Position numbers and translations under genes: made by a program. Below, one piece after another: positions 1-11,747 of a DNA stretch of 64,000 nt; position 1 is the first letter of the stretch, and every line of letters starts with the position of its first letter. Below the pieces are notes generated by a model. That model worked only from the letters and a program-made list of their open reading frames with translations, did no database searches and was not told the origin of the DNA. Source of the DNA: Utricularia gibba (taxonomy: Eukaryota > Plantae > Magnoliophyta); contig CM007989.1 of NCBI GenBank assembly GCA_002189035.1, positions 4,526,001 to 4,590,000 of the forward strand. The letters run 5' to 3'.

Positions 1-200
1 GGTTTAAGGACATTGTTGATCAGATGGTTTCATTTTAGATGAGATTTGATGAGGAAATTCAAACATTTTAACTCATAGATACATTGTTGGATTCATGGGA
101 AAATCTTGTGATCACACTTTTAACTCTACTAGAGGAGGTCTCAAGTATGAGATAGTGGTGATAAATGAAAAATTTGCAAGTATCGTCAAAATGAAAAATT
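1..200 (+). mobile_element. Ty1/Copia gag (UBN2) fragment, degenerate
   Basis: Translates with stops and shifts as FDEEIQTF*LIDTLLDSWENLVITL, resembling the Copia gag motif DDEIQAL.LL.SLPDSWE.LV.TL. Confidence 0.5.
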
Positions 201-549
201 CTCATATCAAATAAATTTATAAACTTAATGCACATTTAATCATAACACAAATATGAGGAAAATATATATAGGGTCGATCACGAATAGCTTTATACTTGCT
301 ATGAGAAAGGTAATGGATTTTTTTTTTATATGGTTGAAGATTAAATCTAAGCTAAGACTAATTCAATTTTATGATAAAATACAATAAAGCAAAGTATTAA
401 ACTAGTAAACTCGATTGTTGTCTAAAAAGAAATGTGATGATGTCCGGGGATTCCTAGGAATAGCATGCTAATTACGACAACTATTCCACCCAAATAAAAA
501 ATCATTCATCTAACAAATAAAAGTTCAAGTTAAACTAAAATCTTGTCTT

Positions 550-2050
550 CTTTCAATTTTTGGTCTACCTCTATTTCAGGTTGTTTATGATGAACACTAC
601 TCTCCATCCTAAATCTATCTCGATTTGATAAGGAACTAATATGATTACGTGTTAAGTGTGATTTAATGAACAATAAAAATGTTTATCTCCTTTTGTCTCA
701 AGCATCATGTGGTGCTTAATTATTCATAATAAAGGAAAATAAAGTTAATGCACAAAATATCATCATCTGCATACTCATGTCATAGTTCAACATGGAAAAT
801 AAATAGTAGTCCGAAATAAAAATAGTTTTCAACAAAACATTGAAATATTGATCTTGATCTACTCCATGTTGGGAGTAGTGTTCGTATTGAAGTGAAAATC
901 TGCAGATTAAGTTAAGTTCTTCATTCGCCTTCCTTTTTTCTTCTTTTGTGTTTTTTTTCCCAGAATCCTCTCCAGATTGTTGCTTGTTCCTTGAAATGAT
1001 GTTCCTATTATGTTTCTTTATCATTTCCAAAAATCCATTTTTTTTTGTTTCCTTGGGATTTGCATTGTTGAAAATATGATGCATTGCTTAAAGAAAGTGA
1101 TTGAAACAAATATTGAGACTAAATCCAAGATTTATTTCGAATCTGGAATGAAAACACATAAATATACTATTTATTGCAAGGGTTCGGAAATGCTGAATTA
1201 AATCTCAGTTTTAAAATATAATGTTAAGACACTGAAAGCATGAGTAATCAAGTGGCAAAATTGTTGTTGCAAGAAGAGTTACGCAAGTGTAATGCAATGA
1301 CAGAGAGAAGCGTTGATACCAATAATACTCTCGCTTATAGTGAGAGAACATTTCAAGGATGATCTCAAGAGTGACTTGATAACAAAGGCCGAGATAAATC
1401 TAAACACAAGAATAAACCTCAAGAGGATGATGGTAAATCTGGTAAGAAACTTGAGTCACAGTCATGTGTTTTGCTGTGGGAACAATGTGAAATGAACGCA
1501 ATGGCTAAAAACGATCTCACCTAGAGAAACGGGACGAGCAAGGCATGTGAAGTCCCGAAGTAATACATCAGCATATCTCAACGTGATAGATGATGATTTA
1601 CTAGTGCTGTTAGTTGCAGAGGCCGGAGAAACTGGGTTAAGCGACTCAGGGTTTGTAGATTCAACAGCATCGTTTCATGCATCGCCTTCAAAAATAGCAA
1701 TGTTGAATTATAAGAAATGTGATTCAAATACAATGACGATGGGCAACCAACTCAGCCAAGTGATGAGATTTTCTTTCAACATAACCATTTTGTTATGTTA
1801 AATGTGTACATTTATAATTGAGATACATCCCATATGTCCACAATGTAGTAGGGTAATAAAATCGAGAACATGTCTTGTGGTAACAAAAATAAATTTAGAT
1901 TATTCAAGAATAATCATGATACATAATTTTGTATCATATTAAAATTCAACACGTGTTTTTCTAATCTTCAATTATTATCCACAACATATTATATTACAAG
2001 CATATATTGTATTTTCTTACTAGATTATTCAAAATTAGTTGTAATATAAA
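550..2050 (-). mobile_element. Heavily degraded Ty1/Copia pol remnant (integrase to RT)
   Basis: Minus strand gives QNGYVERKSHHLAE near 1750-1800 (Copia integrase QNG.AERK.RH) and HYSQHGVDQDQYF near 850-880 (RT 'GF.Q..GVD...TF'). Many stops; boundaries approximate. Confidence 0.55.
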
Positions 2051-2152
2051 TTATTTCCACATTCTTCAATAGTATCTTCAAGTTATTTTTTTTCATCAAT
2101 TTATATATTGCAAAACAATTGTTTTTCACTTGATATCTACTAGTCCTAACAT

Positions 2153-2261
2153 AAAATGAGAAAATTACACGTAAGAAGCCTATTAAAAACTACATGCTCC
2201 ATAATGTTAAAAGGATACTCAAATTGACAACAAAATGAGAAAATTACACGTAAGAAGCCTA
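2153..2261. repeat. 30-bp direct repeat, 79-bp period
   Basis: aaaatgagaaaattacacgtaagaagccta at 2153-2182 and 2232-2261. Confidence 0.9.
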
Positions 2262-2553
2262 CTAAAAGAATCTTATTAACAACAAATTGACTGACTTTAG
2301 CATGATTATAATTAAAGCTAATGGATTAGAAGTATCAAGAATAACTTTTTGTTATAATGAATTTGAAGTATCAGTAATAAAGATGATGAAGTACAAATTT
2401 CCTCCTTTTGTGGTCGGATTTATTGTATTACAAACATCAAAGTAGTTATGTTATAATGAACGATCAATTTGCATTTGGATAATTTTAAAAAAATGAAAAA
2501 ACGTACAAATCCAGCCAATTAGATGTGGCTAAGTGAAAGCATTGCATGCATAT

Positions 2554-2670
2554 CACATGTTGATCTCGTATGTGTGACACATGTTGATCTTGTATGCAAA
2601 TGACATGTTAAGCTTGCATGTGCACCACATGTTCATATTGTATGTGTGGCACATCTAGTTGCATGCAAAA
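2554..2670. repeat. Degenerate 24-bp minisatellite (~4.5 units)
   Basis: Units cacatgttgatctcgtatgtgtga / cacatgttgatcttgtatgcaaat / gacatgttaagcttgcatgtgcac / cacatgttcatattgtatgtgtgg start at 2554, 2578, 2602 and 2626. Confidence 0.8.
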
Positions 2671-2749
2671 TAAGGATGATATGTAGAAGGGCATATACAT
2701 GATAGAATTTAGAGTTATTTCACTCATTTTTTAGTTTTTGAAAGGTATG

Positions 2750-4700
2750 GATGAAAAGTTGGAAGGATAGATTACAGTAACAAAGTTGAATGAAGGTTTA
2801 GAGTTGGGTTAGAATCTAAGGTATCAAGTTAAGTGGCATGATTGATTTTGAAGTTTTGCTTATCTTTATAGCTAAATTATGTAAAACCATGAGTGACATG
2901 CTGTATAATGAAAGCTGAATTCATTGCTTTAGATCTCATAGAATTAGAGTCTGAGTGGTTGAGAAATTTCTTGAAACAAATTTGATGACACACATTCTCT
3001 ATGCATTATATAATCAAAAATTGTTATGTTTTATTGTGGTTTAGATTAGGTTTGTATGGTTTTTCATGTTTTATGCATTGTTTATGTTGATTTTTTGTGT
3101 TTTTTTTGAAAAGTGGATTAAATCTTTTAATTTAGTCCACCACGTTCGTTACTGATGTTTAATTAAGTTCAGCAAGAATTTTAGCAGCAAAATCAGACTA
3201 AGGGATGTGTGGATCAAGTTAAAAGGGCGCAACATCCGAAGGAAGACAAAGAGCACTATTCTACCGTCTGCAATTTGCAAGTTCAGGCCAAGAACAATAC
3301 TGGTGTCAAGAACAGTGCAATGGAGTAAAAGAGGGGAGATTTTTTTGGAAGAGAGAGAAACCCTATAGTGGGAGAGAGCTTCAACAGCATACAATGGAGG
3401 CTCCTGCAACACGATGAACATTGAACCAGAAAGAGGAAGAAGGGGATTCTCAGGGAGGAGACCCTCCAATCTGAAGAACAGCATCAAGACCCAGTTCAAC
3501 TTTACTGTTTCTGGCCATGAATAGTAGCATGTGGGCATCTTTACTTTCTTTTCATTTAATGTTTTGAGTTTCTGCAACTGATTTACTTACAATGTTTCTA
3601 TTATTTTCGTCACATTATTTGAATGAAATAATATTTTATCTTACATATATGAGTAGCTAAAAATGTAGGGATACTTTAAGGTAAAACATGATGGTGTGGG
3701 TCTAGACTTTATAACATAATTCATCATTGTTTCTTAGCATTTATTTCTATCATTCCATGGATAGACTTGATGAGGGAAATGAGCAGCTTCATAACTTAGA
3801 TGCTTCATTTAGAGGTAGATTAAAAAATCAAGACGTGGATAGTAGGTATTAGTTCAGGATAGAACCAATAGAACCACGTAGACCTAATTTTATATACTTT
3901 GCATTCGGGTAGACCTAATTGCGAAGTTAGTGATGATATTGGAGACTATCTTAGCCGAAAACATGATGACTGATTTGGGTAGATTTAGATTGTTTGGAAT
4001 TGTAAGTAGAAGAAAATAGTAAATTAAATTAGGCATCTGCATACCCTTAAGGCATCATGGAATCACAATGTGTTAAAACCAATATCTATTATTTCCAGCG
4101 TTGAGACTTGATCTTGTTCATTAAACTTAACTACTACTGTTAGTTTGCGCTTAGACTAAGAACAATGTTTATTCTAAATTCTGCCTCTGCTAAAACACAT
4201 TGCAAGCACTAACTTCTTGAGATCGACCCTGAATTCCATTTTACATTTTGTGTTAGTTGTATTTTGTGAGAATTAGATATTATAAATTTATTTGACACAA
4301 AAATTTGATTTTACCGCAACAATAATGAAAAATTTTCGTTTATCAAAATTCCACTTAGTTAAAGGTTGAAACTCTTGTATTGATGCATTGTGATAGCAAT
4401 TGGCAATAGCCACTGCTAAGAACAAATCTTACAATGGCAAAAATATTTATATGCGATTGAGGCATAGTACTGTAAAACAACAATTAAAAATGAAGTAACC
4501 TCAATTGATTACGTAAAAACATGAGTGAATTTTTCCTATCTATTGACCAAACCTCTCGATAGAGAGAAGATCATTGAGTTTGTGAGGGGAATGGGACTAA
4601 AGATTTTTGAAAATACATCTATGATGGTCACCCTACTTATTATGAGAGAAGTACTCAAAATAAGATCATAAGGGTGATAACAAATCATTGCTAGTTAGAA
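2750..4700 (+). mobile_element. Ty1/Copia RNase H remnant, split by a solo LTR
   Basis: MKAEFIALD..E.EWLRNFLKQI (to 2982) resumes after 4345 as P...LMHCDSN.AIATAKN..YNGK....RLRH...LLTKPL, the typical Copia RNase H. Confidence 0.8.
2983..4345 (+). mobile_element. Solo LTR, Athila-like family A (copy A1), 1363 bp
   Basis: Begins TGATG, ends CGTTTATCA. Flanked by perfect 5-bp TSD AAATT (2978-82 and 4346-50). Removing it rejoins the Copia RNase H. Confidence 0.9.
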
Positions 4701-4897
4701 GAACACCAAATATTTTGCAAAAAGTTGTTCCTATGAAATGGGTTTCTAGCTGCAAATTTTGTGAGAATGAATTTAAAACTCTTAATTTCTGTAGTAGTTA
4801 TCTAGTGGTATAATAAGCAGTATATGTTAGACAGAACCACCTAGATACTTGTGGAGTGGAAATGCTCCTATGAAATTGAGTTAGTTTCTAAAGCTAC

Positions 4898-5595
4898 TAA
4901 TGCGTGTTGTTTACACAACAAATTTTAAAGATTTTTAGAACTCATAAAACACAAGAGTGTAGTACGGGTGTCGAACATAGGTAATTGTTTGTCAGTGAAA
5001 GGTGAAATTACACCGAATACAATTGTCAAGATTTGTAAATGGGTTTGGAATTAAAGGTGCGAGAAACATAAATGATGAAGCTTGAGTAAGGAGATAAGAG
5101 GGTTATAAACAAACAACGGAAATAAACGTAAGCGATGAACCTTAAAGAAAGAAAATGTTCCTGGATTTGGAATTCTGCCCAGCTATGCTTATTGTGTCTT
5201 TACTCTTCTCTGATCTTTTCGAGTACTCAGCTATAGAAGTAAGGAATTCCCTACCCCCTCCCCCTTACACTCTTGTGCAAGAAGCCACGAGAATAGCCTC
5301 ATGTTACTCCTCCTTGGATGAACATGAAGATAAGAGGTCCTGTCAACGTACCCTCACGGTCGAATTGCACATGTGTGCCCGAGTGTTGCCAGTGACCCAA
5401 TGAGTCTAGATACGAGCTCACTATTTGTCCATTGATCCTGAGATACGGCCACAAAAAAACGTTGTCTTCCTCCTGCCAAAAGGGCATGAGTTGGTGCTTT
5501 CCATCTTGCTCCTCTTCAAAACTTGCCAGTAGTGATCAGCTAACAATGAGTCTTGAATAAGAGAACTATTACAGAAAGATTGAAACATAGTCACG
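4898..5595 (-). mobile_element. Partial LTR, family B, truncated at the Athila element
   Basis: Reverse complement ends ...aacaacacgcatta and aligns by eye to 20040-20719 (+) and 17293-17880 (-), e.g. the shared block gtcattggcaacact..gcacac.tgtgcaattc. Confidence 0.7.
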
Positions 5596-6698
5596 TGATA
5601 ACACCATTTTTATTGTGTTTTTATATATGTTTTTAAGTGTGTTTTGTAGGATTAAATGTTGTTTAGTGTGCTAAATTATCTTCTTTTGCGTATTTAAACT
5701 GTTAAAATGTGTTAAAATCATCTAGTCTATGTTTTAAGTTTTAACAGGGAAGAGCTAGTATTGTAGCAGCGCATTTTCCGCGTTGACAAGTTAAAGGGGC
5801 AGAAAAGCTGTGCAAAAGTCACTTTCCGTTGAAAGTAGCCGCCCTTCTGAAAAGATAAGATCTGGAGCAAAGATCTCTCTTCTAGAAGCTTGAGAAAAAG
5901 ACGAATCTACCCTTACTTTTGAGCGGCAAAAGGGGAAAGGAAGGGAGAGAGAAGAAAGGACACAGAGTGCATGTAGAGTGCACAGTAGATAGAGAGAGAC
6001 GAACAGCAATGGAGAGGGAGGGAGGAGAACTTCGTTTCTCCGACGAACGTCTTTGGCGACCTACAGATCTACGACTGAGTTTATGAGCTTTATTTTCCAT
6101 TTTTCGCACTTCCATTTCGTTGACGAACTCGCTACTGTTACTTTATGCATTTTCACGCTTTCTATTATTTTCTTGCACCTTGTTGTGAACGATAAATTCT
6201 TTGTAGACCTTATTTCAGTTTATGAAAATGTTGATGTTTACCCTTTTCGTGCTTGTTCTAAGTTTAACACGCTTTTTACTATTCCTACGAACCCTTGCTT
6301 TTTTTTTTCAAGTGTTTTAAAGCTGGATTTAAGCCTATGGGCTCTCTTGAGTGACACAAGAGCCAGACGTTGGTGTAAAACACAGCCAAATCACTTTTTT
6401 TCATGTTTTCTGCTCATTCACGTTAATTTCAGTCCCTTTTCATCACTCGTTTATTTCAGTCACTGTTATTTTAGGTCTTACCCCCGTTAGATCTAAACCC
6501 CAGAAAACCCCCCTGTTTTCAATAAATATGATAAACTTCTGGAAATTGCAACCATTCCCTGTGGATTCGACCTTTGTTTGCCACACTACATTAATTCTTG
6601 TGATTTGTGTAGCAGAATAGCTAGGTTTATAAATTTCTTTTGATGCGTTGAATGTGCTAGACCACGACATTTAGCAAACTCCATGCCAATGTTCATCA
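5596..6698 (+). mobile_element. Athila 5' LTR (1103 bp)
   Basis: TGATAACACC...TTCATCA, followed directly by a PBS; homologous to 15147-16536. Confidence 0.9.
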
Positions 6699-6701
6699 AA
6701 A

Positions 6702-6719
6702 TGGTGCCGTTGCCGGGGA
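6702..6719 (+). other. Primer binding site complementary to tRNA-Asp (Athila type)
   Basis: tggtgccgttgccgggga directly after the LTR; the canonical Athila PBS is TGGCGCCGTTGCCGGGGA. Confidence 0.85.
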
Positions 6720-6744
6720 ATGGTGTCTGTTAATTTCTCTGTTA

Positions 6745-9700
6745 ATGCATTTACGTTTTGTTGCAGGTCCACTTGAACCCCTTGATTTGGATATCGAGAG
6801 GACTGCAAAATTACTGAGAAAGAAGCACAAACAAAGTCAGCAAGAGGCTAAGTTGAGAGCTGTAGAGATGGCTGAAAACCCACCAACCAACCGGCAGCTT
6901 GTGAATATTTTGGAGAAGACTATCGGAGAGTATGAGTCACCAAATTATACATATCGAGGACACTGTATTACCTTTCCTACTACAATGATTAATTTGGAGT
7001 TGAGGCGAGGGACTCTTGCTTTATTTCCTAAATATTATGGGAAAAAGAATGAGGACCCTCATATGCACATTGACAATTGCATTGCTGTTGGACCTGTGTT
7101 GCGACCCAAGGAAGTGACTGAGGACGACTTACTACTCAGAGTCTTCCAATTTACTCTTGAAGAACATGCGAAAACTCGGTTCAACACACTTGAACCAGGA
7201 AGTATAAGAAGTTGGATGGAAATGAAGAAAGCATTTTTAAACCAGTTTTTTCCTACCTCTAGAGCAGAAGAAATTTGAAGCAAAATAGAGTATATTTTTC
7301 AGTATTATGATGAGCCTCTACATGAGCATTGAGACAGGTTCACGACTCTTCTTTCAAGCTGTCCAGATCATGGATTTGATAAATTGAAGCAGGTGAAATG
7401 TTTTTTGAAGGGCTTGACTACTGGCCAAAGAGATAAATTGGATTCTACTACACATGGAAATATGAGGACTCTTACCCCATCTGAAGGCTGTGAGAAAATC
7501 AAGGAAATGGTTGGACATTCCAGGCATTCTCAATTTTGATCTCGAGCCCAACGACAAGTAAATGAAATGGGGGAAATCAGTTGCCTGATTGAAAGGCCTC
7601 TGCACGTCATAATAAACTTGCTGAAGGTGCTGAAATTAACTCAGAGGATAAGATGCAACATGGACAAGCAGTAGGGGAACCCATTGTTGAGCTCAAGAAA
7701 ACGCCTCCTTTTCCTGGGATATTGTAAGAAATCCATAAGCTATTGAAAGCTAGAGTGATTTATTTGATTTTCGATAGCACGTGGGTAAGTCCTATCCACA
7801 TAGTCCCTAAAAAGACAGGAATTACGGTTGTTGAAGATGCTAATGGAAAGAAGGTGGCGATGCGAGTTCAGAATGGCTGGAGGGTATGTATTGACTATAG
7901 AAAGCTGAATGAAGTAACAAGGAAGGATCACTACCCTCTACCCTTTGTCGACAAAATGCTGGATAGGTTAAGTGGTAAGAGTTTCTATTGCTTTCTTGAT
8001 GGGTACTCAGGGTATAACCAGGTTGCTGTGGCACCGGATGATCAAGAAAAGACGACTTTTACCTGCCCCTTTGGCACCTATGTGTACAAGAAGATGCCAT
8101 TTGGCCTCTGCAACGCCCCAGCGACGTTTCAAAGGTGTGTCACCAGCATTTTTTCGGATTATATTGATGATTTCATAGAAGTATTCATGGATGACTTTAC
8201 TGTGCATGGTACTAGTTTTGATGATTGTTTGAATCATTTGAAACTTGTGTTGAAAAGGATTTAGTTTTGAACTCTGAAAAATGCCATTTCATGGTACGCC
8301 AAGGAATTGTTTCTAAAGCAGGTCTTACAGTAGATCTTGCTAAGGTAAGTACTATTTCTAGTTTACCATATCCACATGATGCAAGAGGAGTTCGTGCATT
8401 TTTAGGCCATGTCGAATTTTACAGGAGGTTTATTAAAGGTTTTTCTCAAATTGCTTGACTACTAACTAATCTCTTGCAGAAAGACGTTGAGTTTGTTTTT
8501 TCATATGAATGTAAGCATGCTTTTGACACTCTCAAGGCAGCCGTGACATCAGCTCCTATCATACAGGTGCCTAATTGGAGTGAGCCCTTCCATGTGATGA
8601 CTGATGTATTCAACTATAAAGTAGGAGCTGTGTTAGGCCAGAAACTTGATAGAAAAGACACTGTCATCAGCTATGCTTCTAAAACCTTGGATAATGCTCA
8701 AGCGAATTACACTACAGCCGAGAAGGAGATGCTAGCTATTGTATTTGCCTTGGAATAGTTCAGAAGCTATTTGTTGGGTAGCAAAGTGATTGTGCACACA
8801 GATCATGCCGCCATCAAACACCTCATGTCTAAGAAGGAAACCAAACCGAGGCTTATGAGGTGGGTCTTGTTGCTGCAAGAGTTCAATGTGGAAATTAGGG
8901 ATAAGCCTGGGAAGCTCAATGAAGTTGCAGATCATCTTAGTAAAATCAAGCAACCCATGGATGGTATTCCAATTGTTGAAGAATTTCAAGATGAACAATT
9001 CTGTGCAATTAAGGCTGATGCAGGGAAGACTAGTGAACCATGGTACGCTGACATAGCTAATTATCTATGCACTGGCGAGATGGCATTGGACTTAATGAGT
9101 TATGAGAAGTTGAAGTTGAAGAGTGAGAGTAAGCACTATTTCTGGGATGACCCCTATCTGTGGAAAAATTGTTTTGATGGTGTTGTACGACGCTGCTTGG
9201 CCGAAGATGATATTCAGCAAGTGTTGGCATTCTATCATGCATCACCTTGTGGAGGGCATCATGGTCCTAACCGTACTGCCAAGAAGGTGCTGGATTTTGG
9301 TTATAATTGGCCAATAGTTTTCAAAGATGCCAAGTCTTATTGTAAGAGCTGCGAAAACTGCCAGCGAACAGGGAACATCTCCAACTGCCATGAAATGCCA
9401 ATGCAGCCAATTGTTGTTCCAGAAGTGTTCGATGTGTGGGGTATAGACTTCATGGGCCCTTTTCCAAACTCTGATGGCTATGAGTACATCTTGGCAATCC
9501 CCACTAAGTCACAAGACACTCATTCAGTCATTCGCTTCCTGTAGAATAATATCTTTGTGAGGTTTGGAACACCCAAAGCCTTGATCAGTGATTGTGGGAG
9601 TCATTTCTTTAACAAGGCTATGGAGAGACTGCTGAAAAGCTATGGAGTCTGGTACAAGCCATCTAACTATTACCACCCTCAAACCAATGGGCAGGCATAA

Positions 9701-9898
9701 GTTTATATTCGAGAGGTCAAGCAAATTTTAGAGAAGACTGTGACTTCCTCTCGTAAAGACTGGAACTCCAAGCTTAATGACACCTTGTGGGTGATTGGCA
9801 CAACCTTCAAAAACCCCATCGGTATGTCTCACTTTCGTCTTGTATATGGTAAAATTGCCATTTGCCCATTGAATTAGAGCAGAAGGCCAGATGGGCGA
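6745..9898 (+). mobile_element. Athila gag-pol, defective (internal deletion removing protease; stops and frameshifts)
   Basis: gag (..YYGKKNEDPHMHI..LLRVFQFTLEEHAKT..SWMEMKKAFLNQFFP), RT (WVSPIHIVPKK, WRVCIDYRKLN, FLDGYSGYNQ, FMDDF), RNase H (TDVFNYKVGAVLGQ, AEKEMLAIVFA), integrase ([26 protein letters not shown]). gag jumps to RT near 7700-7740. Confidence 0.95.
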
Positions 9899-11617
9899 TG
9901 TCAAGGCCCAAATTCACGCCTTATAAATTTAGACCTTGATGCCATGTTCCCAAAAAGAAACATAAGGCCGTATTATCTTATCAACATAAACTGATAGAGA
10001 GATTGGATTAATTTAGGTTATATCACATAGTACGAGGTGAAGCAAAAGAAAGTAATTTACATAACCATTATACAACATGGTGGACAACATATTAGTTTAC
10101 CTGACATGACTCCCTACACAAACTTAACGCTTTAAGAATTCACAAGACAACCTAGAAACATAAGAACTAGTTTGGATGCGAGCTCTATTCCGAACAACCA
10201 AGTTAGGCCCACAAACAAGAGACTCCAAAATGACTAGCAATGAGATCCCTTTTTCCTACAACCTGGATCACAGCACCTAGTCCCACCTTTCCCGTTCATT
10301 ACCTAGAATAATTAACGGTCAAGGCACTGAATGCAATTCATTTAATTAATAAGGCCATGTAGAGCAAGTATGTATCCATTCAAAATAAAGGTTCATCAGA
10401 AAACAAGAATAAGCAATAACTATGTGACCATTTACGTGGATGGTTGCACCCCCTTGATCTTAATAACTTTAGTCTGGCAACCTTAGAAGTCAAAATCAAT
10501 AAGTTCCTTTTGGCTTTGGCCTTATGAAATCAATAAAGGGGTGCCACCCCCTTTTACAAAGTCCATATGGTTGCAACCCCTTTGCTATTTTTCCATTTCT
10601 CAACCTCATACCATTTGGTGGCTAAAACTCCATAAGGAGTTGCCTCAAACATGCTTGACATATAGGAGTGTGCATCCACAGCTCCCCATAAGTTTTCTAC
10701 TTCAAAACATTGCATCTTAATCTTATAACACATCATGATACACATGAAAACCATGTCATATTTCATAAACCTTTCCTTACTTAAAATTACTAAATAAAAA
10801 TCATTTAAAAGCTAGGGAGCAGGGCTTTATTCACTAATAGAAATAACAGAAATTCAAGCACCCAGAAGAAAGTTACGAAATTAAGAGATTGGACTCAAAA
10901 ATCAATTTCTGGGGCTTGTCAGATTTCAAAGGATAAACCCATAACATCCTACTCCCATCTCCAAACCAATAAAATCTTTTTGAAACATAAACAAAAGATA
11001 AAGAGATGTCACGTTAATCATTCTTCATGAAACATAGCCAATTAGCACATAAAAGTCATGAAACACATAGAAGCACAGATTTACACGTAGAATACAGCAC
11101 ATAAATTCAGAACCCATCATCCCCCTTACCTTTGTCCAAATCGGCTGCTTCCAAAGCCAAACCTTTCGTAAACATCTATGCTATAAGCTTGAGAAATCTT
11201 GTGATACTGAAACCACTACAAAGGTCTCAACAAACCAAACTTCACAACGGTCTAAACTGATTTTATGATATCCCTATAAGCAGATCCCCAATGTTTTTCT
11301 CCCTTTCCAAAAATGCTTTTCCTTTCATCTGTGCTCCTTTTTATAATGTTAGTCATGCTTATCTATAATTCCTCTAATCGAGACACATGTCATCACAATT
11401 AAAACACACAGCATTTTCTTAAGCTGCATGAAACACATGTCAACACCATATTAAAACACATGGCACTCTCTTAATGGCTAGGCTGCATGTTTTATCTGTG
11501 TTGTCGCGAGCTGATTAAAACACATGGTGCTTTCTTATTGATCATGATTGCATGTATGATCTTCTCTTTTTACCTTTTCTTTTCCTCCTATGCTGATTCT
11601 TGTTTTGAAATATCACA
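9899..11617 (-). mobile_element. Solo LTR, Tekay/Del-like (1719 bp), inserted in the Athila integrase
   Basis: TGTCAAGGCCC...TATCACA with perfect TSD GGCGA (9894-98 and 11618-22). The reverse-complement end ..gggccttgaca resembles Tekay LTR termini; lineage is inferred. Confidence 0.85.
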
Positions 11618-11747
11618 GGCGATCTAGCGAGTGAACTTGGGTTCCTATGTAGTTGCAATTCCTTCTTTATTTTTAGTTACACAGGCTCAATGGGTTCAAT
11701 TTTAAAAAAGTGGGAAACCCTTTCTTCCCAACAGTTACTTTCTGCTT

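Noticed and set aside
716-1084. 122-aa minus-strand ORF
   Set aside because: Contains degenerate Copia RT sequence; not a host gene.
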